From Raja brachyura (Eukaryota): a stretch of 64,000 nt of DNA. A model generated the notes under the pieces. The model was given only the letters and a program-made list of their open reading frames with translations, did not search any database and was not told the origin of the DNA. Made by a program: the position numbers and the translations under genes. The DNA lies in NCBI GenBank assembly GCA_963514005.1, contig OY740808.1, forward strand, positions 2,170,001 to 2,234,000. The letters are read 5' to 3'. This document shows positions 41,041 through 54,857 of the stretch, piece by piece. The first letter of the stretch is position 1, and every line of letters begins with the position of its first letter.

Positions 41041-42724
41041 TCCAAGACTAAAATCAATGAGTTTATGGAATGCAAGTGAAATGAGGGATCAGGATTTGTT
41101 CCGGAATGTGGATCTGAGCTGCAGAATCAGCATGATTTTGCTGAATGATGGAAAGGCTCTTCCTCCTGCTCCCCATTGATGAATGTTTCATCCATGTCCA
41201 AATCGGTCAGTCTGCCCAACTCACGGTAACGTAGTTGCTCACTGCTTGTTCATTTTTGGAAAATAAATTCTGCTGCTTGTATCATTCGAAGAAAAACAAG
41301 GGAGGATGAAAGTGGCCAGAGCATCTACGTTAGAGAGGAAAAGATCTGCTGTGTCTTCCACTCTTGATAACATGAATTTCTGTTCAAAGTCCACGTTTGA
41401 GCAAAAGAAGGCAGTATCTGGCTTTGCCTGCGATGCCCAACCATTCATGTAAGAACAGTGCCCACTGTTCAGCCAAACTGCGATTCCCCCTCTTCCCCCC
41501 CCCCCCCACACAATACTGCAGTCAGGTCTGGCCTGTTTTCAGGTGCAAGTATTTCCGTCAATTGTTGGATCAAGTTGATTTCTAAATGTCACATAATCCA
41601 TTAAAATTTTACATTAGCAAGGGAAAGAAAAGATATTTTAAGCAATAATTTAGTTATTTTTATATACTAGGTCACCATTGTAATTAGATACACTATTATC
41701 ACCAATGCTCCAACAATCCTGCCAACCTGGGTGTAATGGCTGTGAACATTCCTTGCAAGGAAATGCACTCATCCAAAGGAAGGGAAGAGGGATATTAGTT
41801 GGACCTCTAGAGGTTTGGAGTGGGATGTATACTTTGCATGATCTGCTATTTTAGTCATTTAATACAATCAGGGATTCAATAGGTTTTACCCAGAAACATG
41901 AACCTAAAAGACAAATTTTAAATTATTAATAAACTGAGTTACACTGTACACATTTTAACATGATAGGTTATTACATCATAGAATTATTTGGAAATGCTGT
42001 TGAGACAGATTCGCTGTAATTTAGCAGAGCTGTTTAAGTGCATGAAAGAGGAATGAGAAAAGAAAAATGTTATTCTAGTAAATGGCTCCAGTTGAAGCTG
42101 TGCTGTTGCACAATGAGCCAAATAACATCCTCTTTCTCTTACAAGGTTATAAATTACAATACCAATGCAATTGTGGGTGATGAAATCAAGCTAAATTTGA
42201 TTTATCATCTTCCCTAAATTCACTCCGTGCAGTGGGGAAATGGTGGTTGTTTGCCGTTTCCTGTACGGATTGCACAGAAGTGAATAAATTAAGTGCATCT
42301 TACAAGTTTACAGAATTGCGAAACTTAACTGTTTCTGAGAATGTCTTTATGTATATGAGATTTTCACAATATTTAAATGCAAAAGATTAGAGAAAGATTT
42401 CCCAAGATTATGTTGAATCCAAGAATCCTGTTTTCAATAAGTTACTGTTGACCTGTTCAGTTTAAGGCTTGACACCATTGCAGTAACCCACTCCTCTGCT
42501 GTCTTTGCATCCAACATCCCGTACGTTTTCAGACGGAGTGCAGGGTGAGCCTCAGAAGAGGCCCCACCCATGGACCCCTGGACAACCCGACACCAATTGC
42601 TGACAAAAGGCTTTTTCTTGTTTCCAAATGATCAGATATTTAGAAACCATTGGAAAAAATATTAAGTTTTAATGTATTGATATTTATTCAAACCCATTAC
42701 TTCCAATGTTTATAAGAATAATAA

Positions 42725-42990
42725 ATAGAAACAAGAGTAGACAGAACAATACAGCACAGGTACAGGCCCTTCAGCCCACGGTGTTTATGCCGAATATTAT
42801 GCCAAGGCCTATTCTTACCTGCCTACACATACGTGATCCATACTCCATTCCTTGCATATCCGTGTACCTATCCAAGAATCTCTTAAATCCCACGATTGTA
42901 TCTGCCTCCACTACACCCCTACATAGTAGCTCGTTCCAAGCACCCACGACTCTTATGTTCTTGCCCTGCACATCTCCTTTAAACTTTGGC
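42725..42990 (-). mobile_element. CR1 LINE 3' fragment
   Basis: Minus ORF RVVGAWNEL..VVEADTI..FKRFLDRY. Confidence 0.8.
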
Positions 42991-43912
42991 CCTGCTCTAT
43001 TTGGTGAGGTCCCACCAGGTCACTTATGTACCACATACCTACTCTGACCCTATAATCATTTGTTTCCTGAATACATTATAAGCCTTTTGAGCTTTAAACA
43101 TCTTCAGCAGCTGAGCTGCCACCGCTGTCCAATATAGAGAATTTTGTATTTCACCACCCTTCGGAATTTAAAAAAAAATCTAATTTCTGAAAGAGCAACT
43201 TGTATGTCACTGAATCGTGATGCTGGATTTGGACACCTCAGCCAGGGAAATAACAACACTGCATCTACCTTTCAGGCCTTATTTTATTTGAATGCTTCAA
43301 TAAGATCACTGTTTTCAAATGCAAGAGTACAGGACAAGTCTCCTAATCTCCTCATATGACAAATCTGACATCTCAGAAATGCGTTGCATGAACTTTCATT
43401 GTGCTCCCTCTTTCAAGTATAAATCTGTTACATGTAGGGACAGCACATCTGTTCAGGGACAACTAAGGATGGGCAACAGATACTGGGCCATGCCAAATCA
43501 TGAAAAAATTAATATAAATCAATCTACCAGATGCGGTATTGTAAGGCCACAGTAATAATTAAAGCCAGGTACCTCTGCTTTTGTATTTAAATCCCCTTGC
43601 AAAAAGACCCATGTATTTCACCATTTAAAAAATATTCCACTTTTCTATATTTTCTACTGATATGGATAACTTCAGATTTTTCTATATTATATTCCATGGG
43701 ACATGTCCTTGCCTTAACCTTTCTATATGCCACTGAAACATCTCTTTCTCACAGTCTACAGAACCACCTCGCTTTTTATCATCAGCAAACTGGATATGTT
43801 GGACTCGCTCCATTATTCCAAATCATTGATACAAATTGTGAACAACTAGTGTCATTGCATGGAAAGTAGTGGTAGCTCCACATCCATAATCTCCCAATCA
43901 ATAAACAACATG

Positions 43913-43998
43913 GGTTACACAAAAAGCTGGAGAAACTCAGCGGGTGCAGCAGCATCTAAGGAGCGAAGGAGATAGGCGACATTTTGGGTCGAGACCCT
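43913..43998 (-). mobile_element. Penelope/MER6-like element inserted in old CR1 debris
   Basis: Perfect 15-bp TSD TCAATAAACAACATG at 43898-43912 and 43999-44013. Confidence 0.8.
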
Positions 43999-45729
43999 TC
44001 AATAAACAACATGTCTGTTCCTGCTACTCTCTATTCATTAACCAATCTCAACCCATACATTGCTCCCAGTACCATATGTTCCAGATTTGTTGAATAATTG
44101 TTTGTGACACTTTAGCCAAGGACTCCAACTCCATCATATCGACTTGCTCACCTTCATCTATTCTACAATTTCAATAAATTCTAATAGATATGTCAAAATA
44201 ATTTTGTCCTTGTCCATGTTGATTCTGCCCAATCCCTTCACTATTTTCGAATTGAAGATCAATAAAATTGCAGATGCTGGATTCTGTAATTAAAATATAT
44301 AATTATGGAAACAGTAAGTTGGGCGGCATCTGGGGTGAGACACGGCACAAAGGTTTTAGGTCGAAGGCTCTATATCAGGTTATTTTGCAAGAGCCTTATG
44401 ACTTCCATAATTAGATTCCAGCTTCTTTGATAACAAGCAAATTGGTCTATAGTTCCCTACTTTCCCTCCATCTCTCCTTAAATTGTTAAATGACTTTGTA
44501 TTCTGGAATGGCTCCTATAGATTGCAAGGGAACAAAGTATTTTGGAAGAAGGCAAACACAGCCTTCACCATCTCCACAAATGCCTCCTGCTAAATCCTAG
44601 AATGTAGGTTGTAAAAAAAATGTTTTTAATTATTTTGTTCATTATTTCTGGAAGATTTTCTGTGCCTTCGTTATATTTCATTTTGCGTGTCAAGTTCAGG
44701 GTCCATAAGGGATGTACATTAATTAATCTTTTCCTTATGCATATATGTAGTGGATCTTAAACTTATGAGGTACTCTCCTTATCAATATCTTGATTTTTCT
44801 CTACAGGATTCCTAAGTGTTTCCAATCCTTAGGCTTACTACCACTTCTCATGTTGGAAGCCTTTCCTTTGATCTGATACCATCTCCAACGTTTCTTGTTA
44901 GTCAAGGACAAACTATTTTCCTTACTTATTTTCCCTAAATGGATTTACCTGCAAATCCATGCATTTTTTAAAGTTGGCCAATTATGGTTTCATGTCATTA
45001 AACATCATTTAGTTTCTGAGCCTCTCATTGTACCCGTCACCTAATGCTTTGGAAGTTTGGTTTGTTGATATTTAAGACCTTAGTTTCAGTTTGAACTAAA
45101 CCATTTAAATCTTTATATTATATATGATCACACTCTTAAAGCTGCCAGATGATTTTATTTACCCTTTCTCCTTGCATAATATTAGATCTAAAATAGCCCA
45201 TCCTATCAACATATTGTTTTTTTTTAAACAGATCTTATACACTCCAGGAATTCATTTTCCCCTTTATTACCATTTAGTTGGTCTGACCTTTCTGTATATG
45301 CATTAACTCCATGATTAATATATTACTCTGATCACATGCACCTCTAAATTCCTGATTTACACATGCCGTACTTTCCCAATACTATTAGGAACCTATCTAC
45401 AACTCACTAGAATGTTTATTTGCCACTTTTTCTTAGACACACACACACACACAAACACATTGATTTTACAGCTAAAGTCCTATCTCTCTACTGCCTTTAA
45501 CCCATCCTTTCAAAGCAGTGCAACCCCACCTCTTCCAAAAGTTAAGCAACCTTTCATATTTAGTTTTCAATCTTGACACTTTGCAGCCCGATCTCTGCGT
45601 TATCCATCGGATGCATCTACATTTCTATTTGTGCAATTCAAGACCAAGCGAGTCACAATGTTGAACTGCAATATGCACTGGGAGCGAACAATGACATTCT
45701 TACTTGCTGCAGCTTTACAGGAACATTAT

Positions 45730-46060
45730 TGGTTTATTATTGTTACATGTACCAAGGTACAGTTGAAAGCTTTTTTTTTGCATGCTGTTCCATTACATCT
45801 GATCATGCTATACACAAATACAACAGGTAGAGCAAAGAGAAAAATATCAGAATGCAGGACATAGTTTGACAGAAGTGACAGAGAAGTCCAGCGCCCACAA
45901 TGAGGTAGGTTGGAAGATCGGAACTGCACCCTAACCTATGTGAGGACTGTTCAGTGGTCTGATCAGAGGGGAAGAAGCTGCTCCCAGATCTGGTGGTACG
46001 TTCTTTCAAGCTTTTATATTATCTGCCCGGCGGGAGAGGGAAGAAGAGAGAAATGACTTA
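45730..46060 (-). mobile_element. Rex1/Babar-type LINE 3' fragment
   Basis: Reverse strand has ttcccctctcccgccgggcaga..aaagcttgaaagaacgtaccaccaga (SPLP.GR...RTTR) plus tail. Confidence 0.65.
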
Positions 46061-46649
46061 AGGAAAGAGTAAGAACTCACCTAAACTGTTAAGGAAGCAC
46101 AGAGACATCATTCAACAATGGGCTGTGCAACAACAATGGTCACAGTTAGGCTGAGGGGCCAGAAGTGAAGGATATGCTCATAGCTCAAAATACTCCTAAA
46201 ACAATTGATAGCATGCTGAGGAAGAGAGTGAGAGATCAGATGCATCTGATAGTGTTGGCAGTCCAAATTTCTGCACTCCAATGTACAGACAGACATGTGC
46301 GTTCAGATTGCACTGATGTGCAAACTAGAACTGGAAGGAAATTCCCAAAAACCATCAACACACCGACGGCACAATCTGCCCAAAATGTCAGCTTTCCTTT
46401 GATGAATCAAACATTACATTCAAATGATTACATGTATCTGAAGGCCTTAAATAATTTTGCTATAAAGTATAAAACTCTGCAAGATGGAAATTAAAAATCT
46501 CACTGGAGGAACAAGAAAAGGTTCTGCAATTTTTTGTATTTATGCTCTGAAGTTTATGTTCTCTTGTTGCTGAATAATCAATAAAAACTATCCAACCAAA
46601 CTCTTTAGTATTCTGTTGTAATTAGACTGAAAAGTGTGCAAAATAAAGA

Positions 46650-46990
46650 TTTAAGAATGTTACCAGGTCTGGAAGGTTTAAATCGGGGGTTTTTAACTAG
46701 AGCTTTTTACCCCTGAAGCAGAGGAGATTGAGGTGTATAGTGAGATATAAAATCATGAGGTGCATCACCACAGACTTTACCACACAGGGTGCGGGAGTCC
46801 AGAGGGCAAAGTTTTAAGGTGAGATCAGAAAAAAAATTAAAGGGTTCGAAGGGGCAGCTTTTTCACATAGAGGATGGTGTGCATATGGAATGAGCTGCCA
46901 GAAGAAGTGGTAGAGATGTGAACGACATGACATTAAAAACGTACAAAAGGTTTGGAGGATATGGGCCAGGCTTGGACAAATGGGACTAGT
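46650..46990 (+). mobile_element. Degenerate CR1 3' fragment
   Basis: tttttcacatagaggatggtgtgcatatggaatgagctgccagaagaagtgg. Confidence 0.7.
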
Positions 46991-47981
46991 TATCCTCAAA
47001 GATCCTTGGTTTTCTTTGCCCTGCACAGCAAAAGCTCATGAATCTCCCCATTCTGTCTGGAATTATTAACTTTTGGAACTGACAACAAATATTTGAAAGC
47101 CAGAAGACACTTCAGATGCTGGACTTGGGAACAAAGATGGAAAGCTGCAAGAAGCAACATGAGAGGCCAGCACTCCTGTTTCCAACATTTTTTGACACAC
47201 ACTTCCCATTACCTTTCTGTTCAGTTTTACTTTTTAAATAATCTTTCCAATAATGTGTGGCAGGTTACCGAACAGCCAAGACTTTCCTAAAGGTCCATTT
47301 CTATTCAGCTCGGAACCATATTAAATTTATTTCCAGCTGACTGGTGCAACAGGATGAGCAAAACCTTTAAGAAAAGTATTTGTGTTCTCAAATATTCAAT
47401 ATGTTTCTCGTATGTTTTTCTTCCTCAAATATTCCCTTTCTGCTTCACTCTTCTTCCACAAACCTGTCGACCCCGCCTGGTTTTCCTCTCTTTACCTTCC
47501 ACACAACCACAATGACGTCACTCCTAGAGTATAATTCCCACAGGCACATTTTCCATCCTGACCCTTCCACCTATCTCCCATGGTTTCTTTTCATCTCTGG
47601 CCTTTGTCCAACCATCTGCCAATCAAACATCCTCCTGGCCTGCACCCACATATCAGACTTTGTTCAGCCCCTCCCTCTCTTCCAGCTCTCAACCCCACAA
47701 TCAGTCTGAAAAAGGATCGCAACCCAGAATTATGTCCTACCTATCCACATTCTCCAAAGATGCTACCTGACCCACTGAGTTATTCCAGCATTTTATGTAT
47801 TTCCCCCCCCCCCCATTGTATCTTTCACATCACATTTAAATCCATGTCCTCTTGTACTTGATTCCCCGACCCTGGGTAAGAGAGTCTGTATTCCCCTCAT
47901 GATTTTATACCACTCAGTTTCCTGTGCTCCAAGGAATAAAGTCCTTGTCTGCACAACCTCATAAATCTTCTATGTATCTTT

Positions 47982-48167
47982 GTGTAAGAAGGAACTGCAG
48001 ATGCTGGTTTAAACCAAAGATAGACTCTCTCCACATCACTGTCTATATCTCTCGTTTCCCTTATGCCTAACCAGTCTGACGAAGGGTCTCAGCCCACAAC
48101 ATCACCAATTCCTTCTTTCCAGAGTTGCTGCCTGTCCCACTGAGTTACTCCAGCTTTTTGTGTCCAC
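47982..48167 (+). mobile_element. Penelope/MER6-like element with inverted 5' segment
   Basis: TSD CTTCTATG(T/C)ATCTTT at 47967-47981 and 48168-48182; CTGACGA-agggtctcagccc core at 48076-48095. Confidence 0.75.
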
Positions 48168-49679
48168 CTTCTATGCATCTTTCCTTTACTCCGTATTGAG
48201 TTCAGTAATTTTGGATTCAGCATTTTCAACATCTGCATTCACAACTGTTTAATTCCAACCTGCATTGCAGCAATTTATGTTACTAATTTTTGTCAATAAT
48301 TTGACTTCTTCCACTTTCACATCCTCTGTACTTTTCTTTGTCTTTCAACTTGTCCTGTTCTCATCCTGTATTGCCATCATCTCTCCTGCCTTCAATCCAA
48401 TCTCTTCTTTCTATCCTTGCCATTTCCCACTTCCTCGCAAACACAGAGTTTGCTTAATCTGCAACTTTCACCAGGTCCTGGATCCTAAGCCAGTCCCTGA
48501 TCAGCTTCCCTCTCCTTAACTCTACTTGACTGCACGGTATTGCCAGCATTTCCTATTTTCATTCAGCATCTGTAATATTTTTGCTTTCGTGTTTGCATTA
48601 GTACTTCCAGATTAACACTGACATATTCAGCTGTAGAGTAAAACTCTGGCTCGAAAGGGCTTAGCTATTTTATATCAAGGTCACATTTAGTTCTAAATTA
48701 CGTTGCCAATTATTGCAGGATTATAGAACCTTACAGCAGAGAAAGACATCTTTGTACAAGGTTTGAAAAGGTTTGCCAGTTTGTCTCTGCTCCAGTCCCT
48801 GCCTTGTCAGTTTGCAAATCTTCATGTCTACATCTATTTCCTCTCATGTCCCTAATCATCCCTTTGCTTTTATTTTGCCAATTATTTTGCCTTTGCTGTT
48901 GCTGTGAGATTCTTCCTGTTAGGGATAGGACTGAGACTGAGCGAACCACTCTCCCACCATCGCATCACTTTGTTTCATCACATCAGTCTCAAACAGAATT
49001 GAAAGACACCAAAGGCAGAGGCTGACTCTGTCCCAGAGCCAGAATTAGTTCCTCCACCGACAACAATGTAATTGAACAGGGAAAACAGAGCTATCCACAA
49101 TTTGGACATCAGATTTTGAGAGTCTGCAAACTGATTGTTTGGTATTGATCGCAGTGCATTAAGAATCATTTAATGCATGAACTGCACAGTCTTCCACACA
49201 CCCATGGGCCCCACTAGAAATACATTTCAGATAAAATCTAAATTACAATCTTTTGTCAGTGATTTGTACTCAGCTGTACAAAGGAGAACTTGTGTTGAGC
49301 AGGTAAACGTGATATGAACAATGAAAGGGCGCCAATGATCACAATTGCTGCTCTATTGCGGGGTATTGATGACATGACATGGTTCTCCTGCTGAGAATAC
49401 CTCATTGTAAAATTATATATTTTTGAGCACTGCAATGACGTGAATATTGTTATCTGATACTGTACCAAGCTTCAATATTGACCAGGGCTTTTTATTATCC
49501 GAGTTGTAAACAGAATTGTATCAGCTCAACTGTTAGGAAAATATGCAACTCCTGGCTGGTTGGAGGGCAGGTTATTGTAGACACATTGAACATGGCAGGA
49601 CCTGCCCTGGCAACTCACCCACTGATGACCAGGCGCTGAGGTACAGCCACAAACACATTTCTTTGTGCTGTGTATCATT

Positions 49680-50074
49680 TAGAAACTTACAAAATTCTTA
49701 AGGGGTTGGACAGGATAGATGCAGGAAGATTGTTCCCGATGTTAGGGGAAGTCCAGAACAAGGAATCACAGTTTAAGGATAAGGGGGAAGTCTTTTAGGA
49801 CCGAGATGAGAAAAACATTTTTCACACAGAGAGTGGTGAATCTGTGGAATTCTCTGCCACAGAAGGTAGCTGAGGCCAGTTCATTGGCTGTATTTAAGAG
49901 GGAGTTAGATGTGGCCCTTGTGGCTAGAGGGATCAGGGGGTATGGAGAGAAGGCAGGTACGGGATACCGAGTTGAACTGCCATTGAATATGATCAGCCAT
50001 GATCATATTGAATGGCAGTGCAGGCTCGAAGGGCCGAATGGCCCAATCCTGCACCTATTTTCTATGTTTCTATG
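49680..50074 (+). mobile_element. CR1 LINE 3' fragment (young subfamily)
   Basis: Close match to 8340-8720; (TTTCTATG)n tail. Confidence 0.92.
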
Positions 50075-51779
50075 ACTTGCCACAGAGTGTTTCCCCTCGA
50101 TTCCCACTGACTTCAAACTAAACAACGGTCTTTGAAGTTAAGGCAGTGACTTCTCAGCTTTCCTCTCATGTCCACGTTTGAAGCGAGGTGTCCCGTGTGC
50201 AACCAACCCACTGTTGTAGGTCAGCACACCGCAGCAGACAACATTGTCCGTGACCCATTTCATCATTGATGGTCAGGCACAGAAAAAAGCCACGAGTAGG
50301 CCATTCAGCCCTTCCAGTCTGCCATCCCATTCAATACGAGCAAAGCCTATCCTCTCTCTCCAAACTATATTCCTGTTCTCCCCCATAAATATGTTGATTC
50401 ACCATCTTCTGACTGAAGCTATTTCTCCTCGCCCATTTCTAAATACTTTGCCCCATATTCTGAGCCAGTCTCCTGCTTCTAGATACTCTCCACCTCTTGC
50501 TACAGAGAACATCCTACCTCTATCCAACTGTCAGAACTTTATGTTTCAATAACATCCACACTCATTCTTCACTCCATAGAACACCAACCTGATTGCTCCA
50601 AACTCTCTACACATGATGCTTACTCCGAGACCAGTGTGAGACATGCTGTCTGACCCGCTGAGTTACTCCAGCTTTTTACATCTTTTCTGAGATAAGGATA
50701 CTCGGCTTCAATTGTGCCCTCGGAATAAGGCATTGGAGGTGAAATGAGAGGAATGGCTAAGATGAGAGTGTGTCATAATCCACTGGCAACCGGGACATCG
50801 AGGGTGAACGTAGAATTGTACACGAGCAGTAGTTTTGCTCGGGTTGTCAACAGCTGAACGACACGGTGAATCAGAGACTGGACTTCAATACTTTTGCAGT
50901 GTAAAGATTACTGGCAGAAATACAATCTCAACACATCCCTGGGGACGGACAGTTCTTCAAGCACGTCACCTATGCCACTTTAATCTTGCAGCTAATTCTG
51001 CAATGTCTGAGACTTACCCAGGCGAGGAGCAGTGGCTCAGGTCAAAGCAAGACATTACACTTTATTACCAGCGATACCAGTGAAGCCTTTTCACTTTATA
51101 TTGGACTGTGAAATACAGTCCACAACTCCATGTGTGACAACCAATGCACTTGCCAAATTATTGCAACAGCACAGAGATTCCTACTGAATAATGCATGGTT
51201 GAAAGGAAAGCAGGAGATGCAGTGAAATATTAGCAGCTGAGGAAGATTGATTGAGTAGACAAATGCCCAGCAGCTAATATAAACCAGCAGAAGGTTGAAC
51301 ATTTCTGACAGTGGAACAGACTCAAACTGTTTTCAACACATTCTAATGTGCCTGTTCATTGTTGTTCTGTGCTGTGAGAAACTATTTTTAATTTGTTCTT
51401 GCTAAATCTTTCCATTTGGCCAGTCAGTGGGTTACGTGCTTTGTCTGCAGTGTTTCACTGTGGAGATGGTTGCTTTATGAGGGAGGTGGTCGGGGGAAGG
51501 TTCATCTGTTGGTCCCAACAGCGTCACAGAGAGTCTGGAAGTCCCGACCTGGGCCTGGCCCAGGAGTGTGATCAAACCCGTCCCCAGGAGTGAGTGGCGA
51601 TGCTGCCCATCCTGTGTCCGCACCATTGTCCCCGGGGTCTTGTCCCACCCTGGGCACTTCCCCTCTATGTGAGGGCAGTGCCCTGGCACCTGTGTCCTTT
51701 GCCAACTGATGTTGAGCACACCCAGCTTCACCTTGCCACAACCTCCCAACTATCACCTTGACCAACTTGCCTTCTGTAG

Positions 51780-52298
51780 TTTAGAGATACAGTGTAGAAA
51801 CAAGCCCTACAGCCCACCGTGTCCATGCCGACCAGCGATCACCCGGAAATTAGCACTATTCTACACATTAGGTACAATTTACAATTTTTACCAAAGGCTA
51901 CAAACCCGTATATCTTTGGAGTGTGGGAGGAAACCAGAGCACTCACGGGGAGAACGTACAAACTTCGTACAGACGTCAGCCGTATTCAGGATCAAACCCA
52001 TGTCACCGGTGCTGTAAAGGGCCTGTCCCACTTGGCGATTTATTTCGGCGACTGTCGGCATCATTGACTGACGTATATCAGGTCACTGAAAAAGTCGCGG
52101 CGGTGACACGGCGTGACGACTTATTGACGCGCGGTGTCTCAAGTGTCGCAACATTTATTTTGTCGCCGCTGGATTTTGAAATGTTCAAAATCTTTTGGCG
52201 ACCTGATACGTCAGTCAATGACGTTGGCAGTCGCCGAAAAAAATCGCTAAGTGGGACAGGCCCTTAAAGGCAGGAACTCTACCGCTGCGCCACCGTGC
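51780..52298 (-). mobile_element. V-SINE interrupted by a MITE
   Basis: tctttggagtgtgggaggaaaccagagc...ggtgctgtaa[MITE]aggcaggaactctaccgctgcgccaccgtg. Confidence 0.8.
52018..52264. mobile_element. PIF/Harbinger-like MITE
   Basis: TIRs AGGGCCTGTCCCACTT / AAGTGGGACAGGCCCT; TAA on both sides (52015-52017, 52265-52267). Confidence 0.88.
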
Positions 52299-53169
52299 CA
52301 GTCCAAAATGTGGACCAGTGGCCCACATTTGCTGGGTAACTTTCCTGAGAAGTGCCCCTTAACCGCACCCGCCCTGTTGTGTGGAGACACAAGACGCAGC
52401 AGGTGCTGGAATCTGGAGCAATAAACACTGGCAAATCTCTCCTCTCACTCCGGATGCAGGGTTTCAACCCAAAACATAGGCAATTCCCCCCACGGATGCT
52501 GCCTGACCCGCTGAGTTCCTCCAGCACTTTCTTTGTTCTGCCTGCAGTACGATGAAGCCATAACTAATCTCAGCTGTTGTAAATGAATGACAGAACACTA
52601 AACCATCCTGGCAGCAGATGAACCCGGTCTCAGTTAATCTGTGTCTGCCAGGCAGCATCTTTGGAGAGAGAAATAGAGAGCGTGGTTCAGATCAATGACC
52701 CATCTCCACAGATGTTGCCTGACCTGCTAATTGCTTCCAGAATGTTCCCGTTTTATTTAAACTTTGTTTTCCCAGCATCTGTTGCCTTTTACGTCTGTTC
52801 ACCAACCGCGAGGAGCCAGTGGCAAATGTAATGTTGTACCAGATTTGAACCAGATGGAGGCTTGATTGTTCAACAGCTTCACCCGACTCCTGGCTGAGCA
52901 GGCTGCAGGCCCAATGCGTGCACATTTTAATCTTCCCTTCCATTAACTTCATAGGATTTGTATTGGCTCTGTGGCTCCTCCAGAACATTCTGTGCTGTGC
53001 TCACTGTGCTCAGGGGCTGAATCCTGATCTTAGTCGTAATCAACCTCCAGGCTCGTGATCTCCTCTTCAACCACCCGAGCTGTTCTCTGCTCTTTACGTA
53101 GGCTTCACTCAACGCCTGAAACTCTCGCCTCAAACACCCTATTCCACAGCTGATTCCAGGATCATATTG

Positions 53170-53293
53170 TTTAAGAAATAACTGCAGATGCTGGAAAAAT
53201 CGAAGGTAGACAAAAGTGCTGGAGAAACTCAGCGGGCGAGGCACCATCTGAGATGCTGCCTCACCCGCTGAGTTTCTCCAGCATTTTTGTCTA
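53170..53293. mobile_element. Fold-back Penelope/MER6-like insertion
   Basis: Two inverted family segments; perfect 14-bp TSD CCAGGATCATATTG at 53156-53169 and 53294-53307. Confidence 0.8.
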
Positions 53294-53630
53294 CCAGGAT
53301 CATATTGAGTAAGTGCTGCCTTTAAGATGCCCTATCATCACGGCACAAACATTACGGGCCGAAGGGCCGGCTCCTGTGCTGTATTTTCTGTGTTCTAATG
53401 GAAACCCACACGGTCACTGGTAGAATGTGCCAACTTCACACAGGCAGCACCCAAGGTCAGGATCAAACCGTGAGGCAGTGGCTTCTCTGCACAGTGTAAG
53501 CTGGAGCGCTCCCAGACTTCTGAAAGTATTCGAGGTGAATAATAAATGTTGGGTTTGCCAACTTGGCCAACATCATGAAAAACTGGATTTTAAAAATCAA
53601 TCCCTGGCAGGCAGCACTTTTGGGGCGGTC

Positions 53631-53938
53631 CAGGACAAGGGGGTCACAGCTTAAGGATAAGGGGGAAATCCTTTAGGACTGAGGTGAGAAGGACTTTTTT
53701 CACCCAGAGAGTGGTGGGTCTCTGGAACTCTCTGCCACAGAGGGCAGTTGAGGCCAGTTCATTGGCTATATTTAAGAGGGAGTTAGATGTGGCCCTTGTG
53801 GCTAAGGGGATCAGAGGGTATGGAGAGAAGACAGGTATGGGATACTGAGTTGGATGATCAGCCATGATCATATTGAATGGCGGTGCGGGCTCGAAGGGCC
53901 GAATGGCCTACTCCTGCACCTAATTTGTATGTTTCTAA
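53631..53938 (+). mobile_element. CR1 LINE 3' fragment
   Basis: Matches 8412-8720. Confidence 0.9.
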
Positions 53939-53984
53939 TTACAAGTTCTTTTTCTGCCTGAATGCCCCTGTCAACAGACTCAGT

Positions 53985-54857
53985 AGACAATAGGTGCAGG
54001 ATAGGCCATTCGGCCCTTTGAGCCAGTACCACCATTCAATGTGATCATGACTGATCATCCCCAATCAGTACCCCATTCCTGCCTTTTCCCCATATCCCCT
54101 GACTCCGCTATCTTTAAGAGCCCTATCTAGCTCTCTCTTGAAAGTATCCAGAGAACCGGCCTCCACCGCCCTCGGAGGCAGAGAAATCCACAGACTCACA
54201 ACTCTCTGTGAGAAAAAGTGTGCCTCGTCTCCGTTCTAAATGGCTTACCCTTTACTCTTAAACTGTGGCCCCTGGTTCTGGACTCCCCCAACATTGGGAA
54301 CCTGTTTCCTGCATCTAGCGTGTCCAAACCCTTAATACTCTTATATGTTTCAATAAGATTCCCTCTCATCCTTCTAAACTCCAGAATATACAAGCCCAGC
54401 CACTCTATTCTCTCAGCATATGACAGTCCCGCCATCCTGGGAATTAACCTTGTAAACCTACGCTGCACTCCCTCAATAGCAAGAATGTCCTTCCTCAAAT
54501 GAGGGGACCAAAACTGCACACAATTCTCCAGGTGTGGTCTCACTAGGGCCCTGTACAACTGCAGAAGGACCTCTTTTCTCCAATACTCAACTCCTCTGGT
54601 TATAAAGGCCAACATGCCATTCACTTTCTTCACTGCCTGCTGTACCTGCCTGCTTACTTTCATTGACTGATGAACAAGGTCCCCCCAGATCCCGTTGAAC
54701 TTCCCCTTTTCCCAACTGGACATCATTTAGATAGTAATCTGCCTTACTCTTTTTGCTACCAAAGTTGACAACCTCACATTTATCCCCATTAAACTGCACC
54801 TGTCATGCATCTGCCCACTCACCCAACCTGTCCAATTCACCTTGCATTCTCATAGCA
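53985..54857 (-). mobile_element. CR1 LINE 3' part
   Basis: Minus ORFs 54196-54726 and 54587-54799 carry RT C-terminal motifs. Confidence 0.92.
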
